This document shows positions 60,953 to 64,000 of a stretch of DNA of 64,000 nucleotides, piece by piece. Numbering within the stretch: position 1 is the stretch's first letter; the number at the start of each line of letters is the position of its first letter. Where the stretch lies: NCBI GenBank assembly GCA_001643675.2, contig LSRY02000019.1, positions 620,001 to 684,000 of the forward strand, written 5' to 3'. The position numbers and the translations under genes were made by a program. The notes under the pieces are model-generated. The model did no database searches. It was not told where the DNA came from and saw nothing but the letters and a program-made list of their open reading frames with translations. This DNA is from Monocercomonoides exilis PA203 (Eukaryota; Protista; Preaxostyla).

Positions 60953-62009
60953 ATGGCTGAACCAAATTTGATCTTGAAAGATTGAACTTTTTCATTGATG
61001 AATCGCATGTTTAATGACAAAGAGAAAGCTTGGAATTGGTATTTCACAGTGCTGCGAGATGGTATTAACCAATGTGTCGAATTCACAAAATAGAAAAAAA
61101 TTGCAGAATGGAAGAAGGATACAGATATTGGATTTGTCCCAGATGCATAAAATTCAAATGTTTCGTTCATGAAGGAACAGTATTCGAAAATATGAAAAAG
61201 CCCCTTGGAGTTACTCTTCTTGTATTACTATATCTCTGGTTAAAAACACCAATTAAAACTGTTTCAATGTTATTATCTGTGAATAGAAAAACAATATCAT
61301 ATTGGGCCAGTGTGATGAGGTGCTGTTGTATGCGGATTTTGAACAGAAACCAGCACAAAATCGGAGGAGAGGGGAAGATTGTGGAGATAGATGAAGCAGT
61401 CTGGAGAAGAAGGAAATACCATAAAGGAAAAAGGAAGAAATTGATTTGGATTTTTGGAGGTGTCGAAAGGTTGGAAGGTGGAGGAGCAGGTGACAGATTT
61501 ATGATGATAGTACCAGACAGAACCAAAGATACACTGATTCCAATAATTCTGGATCACATCAAATTCGGAACAAAGATATATTCTGATGAATGGAAAGCTT
61601 ACCAATGTTTGAGTGCGTTTGGTTATTTACATGAAACAATCTGCCACAAGCGGGAATTTTTCAATAAAGAGAACAAGGCTTGCACAAACACAATTGAAGG
61701 GTTATGGAAATATTTGAGGTCATCTTTTCCTCGGTCAGGAATGAGAATAAAATATTTCGCAGATCAGATTGCTATATTTTTGGTTAAAAAAATCATTGAA
61801 GCTTGAGTTTGTAGATGTGATGAGAGAGTTGATTCATTATGAACATGACAAATTGATTGAAGAGGAAAATGAAATAATAGTAAAAAATTGATGAAGAAGA
61901 AATCCCAGATGCAGATGATATTCTTCCTGAAATTGAAGATGATAATGATTTTGATCCTTTTGGAGCAGGAGACGAAGAAAGTTCCATCGGATATAGCCCT
62001 TCAGAATAA
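60953..62009 (+). pseudogene. Merlin/ISXO2 (IS1595-like) DDE transposase, decayed
   Basis: IGGEGKIVEIDE..RRKYHKG..WIFGGVER..VPDRTKDTLIPII..GTKIYSDEWKAY..HETICH..TNTIEGLW; upstream in-frame TGA and frameshift after ATG 60953; acidic tail continues via homopolymer frameshifts to TAA 62009. Confidence 0.88.
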
Positions 62010-62811
62010 TTTTTCATAACGTTTACAAACAATTTTTACATTCTTAACATAAAAAAATTTCATGTCCCAGTACGATTATTTTATAATTTTTAAAATTTAA
62101 TATTTAAACACAGAATGATTTCCTCACTCAGATATTTTGTACGAATGAATGTTAAACTATTATAAATTCTTTAATCATAAAATAAAGCTTAATCTGATGA
62201 AACAGTATAGTACATTTTTACCAATGAATAATGCTTGATTGTGCCTTTTGATAATTTTTCAATGTACCTTTTTCTATTATAATAGATGGAATGTGAAATG
62301 TTTGAAATATTTTGATATAATGAAGTTATTACGAAATAACCCACAAATTTCGAGTTTTTCAATGGTTTTTTGAGTTTTTCTAATTCTTTTGAAAAAAAGT
62401 CAATCTTATTGAGTATATACAAATAAAGTTTTATTATTTTTTTTTGTCTTGTTGCAATTTATTGTCATTCTCTTTTTTGTCAGTTTTATTTCATTGTTAT
62501 CTGTATTCTGAGACAAAAACTGCAAAATTGATCTTCAATTTCACATAACAAATTTTTTTTCAATTACCTTGTCATTTCTTTCATTAAGCTGTGCATGAAA
62601 AGAAATATACACGCTGAGCTTGTTTTACCTTTAGCATTTACATCCGATGTTCTGAAATAAGAAACTGCAAACTCGTTAATTGGAGATAATTCATCTTCTT
62701 TTGATTTTACTTCATTTCAACTGTTCTTTTAATAAATATTTTATTTTTTAACATAATTAGCATTCAAACATTATTCCTCTTTTGAAAAGACAATTTATTT
62801 CATAATTATAT

Positions 62812-63051
62812 GGGTGATTCTTTTTGAAAAGTCACAAATGTTTAATTTTCAAATAAATCTAAAATTTCATATTTTGCTCAAATTTCTGTTAACTAATATC
62901 AAACTACATTTATAAGGAATCTATTTCTGGATGATGCTATTTCAAACATTCTTGAGGATGTTTGTGAGCTGAAACAGAAATTTGAGCAAAATATGAAATT
63001 TTAGATTTATTTGAAAATTAAACATTTGTGACTTTTCAAAAAGAATCACCC
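62812..63051. mobile_element. 240-bp MITE, second copy of the GGGTG..CACCC family, ATAT TSD
   Basis: TIRs identical to those of 60286-60526; arms near-perfectly inverted over ~80 bp; ATAT on both sides. Confidence 0.9.
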
Positions 63052-63449
63052 ATATTCAGAAATATTTCTTTTATTTTTATGCAATAAATTTATCATTACA
63101 CATGCAAAGTGAATAAATTTTTATAATAAAAAAGGTATCAGCGAAAAATATCGTTCAAGATAAAAATGAATATCTGATGATTATTTCGAAATAGTGACAT
63201 GAAAGTTTCATTTTTCAAAAAAAAAGTCGTTCCATCAAAATACTTTCTTCTTTTTATTTTAAACGCATAAACAAAACTAATTTTCCATTCAGAGATATAG
63301 TAAAAAAATAAAAAGTTTAATAACAAAGTCAATTGTTATTTTGGGAGATGAACTCGTAACAATAAAACAAAGCCAAATAAGAAATGAAGTTATTGTTTTT
63401 TTCTTCTCTCCAAATTCGCTCGTGGCCTAAAAAAAAAAAAAAAACATCT

Positions 63450-63665
63450 CAAAATCGCACGTATACAGCGCACATCGACTCCGCTCCCTTCTGCTTCCTT
63501 GATCTCCACAGTGAATGTATCACATCTTTCAGCAGCTGTCTTTGCCAGAACCACTCCATCGCCACTTGTCAACTTCACATTCATCACCTTCACATTCGCA
63601 AGCACGCTATCTCCTGATGCTGTGGCTGTCAGATACAGTACAGATGACGACAATGACAACAATGG
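63450..63665 (-). pseudogene. Isolated GC-richer coding fragment resembling a surface-protein ectodomain
   Basis: LSSSVLYLTATASGDSVLANVKVMNVKLTSGDGVVLAK in AT-rich flanks with no complete gene context. Confidence 0.3.
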
Positions 63666-64000
63666 GCATAGGTGTAAATTGTACCACTTTCAGTTTACAT
63701 TTTTTCAAGATTTGAATAATATGGCGTTAATTTATCCAATTTAACTAAGCGATTAAAGGAGAGAAATTTCGAAATTCGACAAAAAATTTTCTCTCTGAAA
63801 TTCAAAAATTTCGACACCCATAATATTTTTATTTTGATCATATTTTATTGAAATTTCTTTTTCTTGCTTTGCAAAGATCAAATAAATTTGTCGATTCAAT
63901 GGAGCAAGATGAAATATAGCGTTTAATGTTTGTCATGGTGAATTTTCGTAAATATTATTTTTAATATAGCTTATTTTTATCGATTTGATAATTTAATTAT

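Noticed and set aside
60870-62050. Putative TIRs around the Merlin transposase
   Set aside because: Only weak AT-rich inverted similarity and no target-site duplication

Overview
Eukaryotic, AT-rich, intron-containing protist DNA in the standard genetic code. Gene content and style point to an oxymonad (Monocercomonoides-like); this is an inference. Bases 1-41 kb are a very compact housekeeping block: prefoldin 2, a SPRY-like protein, WDR20/DMWD with a 2.8-kb (AAAAT)n intron, SAR1, an importin-alpha-like ARM protein, a Kelch-PPP phosphatase, cyclin Q, RLP24, BCH-RhoGAP, AHI1, EFHB, FKBP and coronin. Bases 41-64 kb are rich in transposons: several MITE/foldback families including a nested insertion, a 5.2-kb PHIS/Harbinger-type element and a decayed Merlin transposase. 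These surround a giant intronless receptor-like pseudokinase gene. The most striking unannotated signal is a ~390-nt structured, GC-enriched intergenic island at ~14990-15380. It carries an 11-nt TTAGGG template (TAACCCTAACC), a template-boundary helix, a long-range closing helix and box C/D-like ends, making it a candidate telomerase RNA gene.
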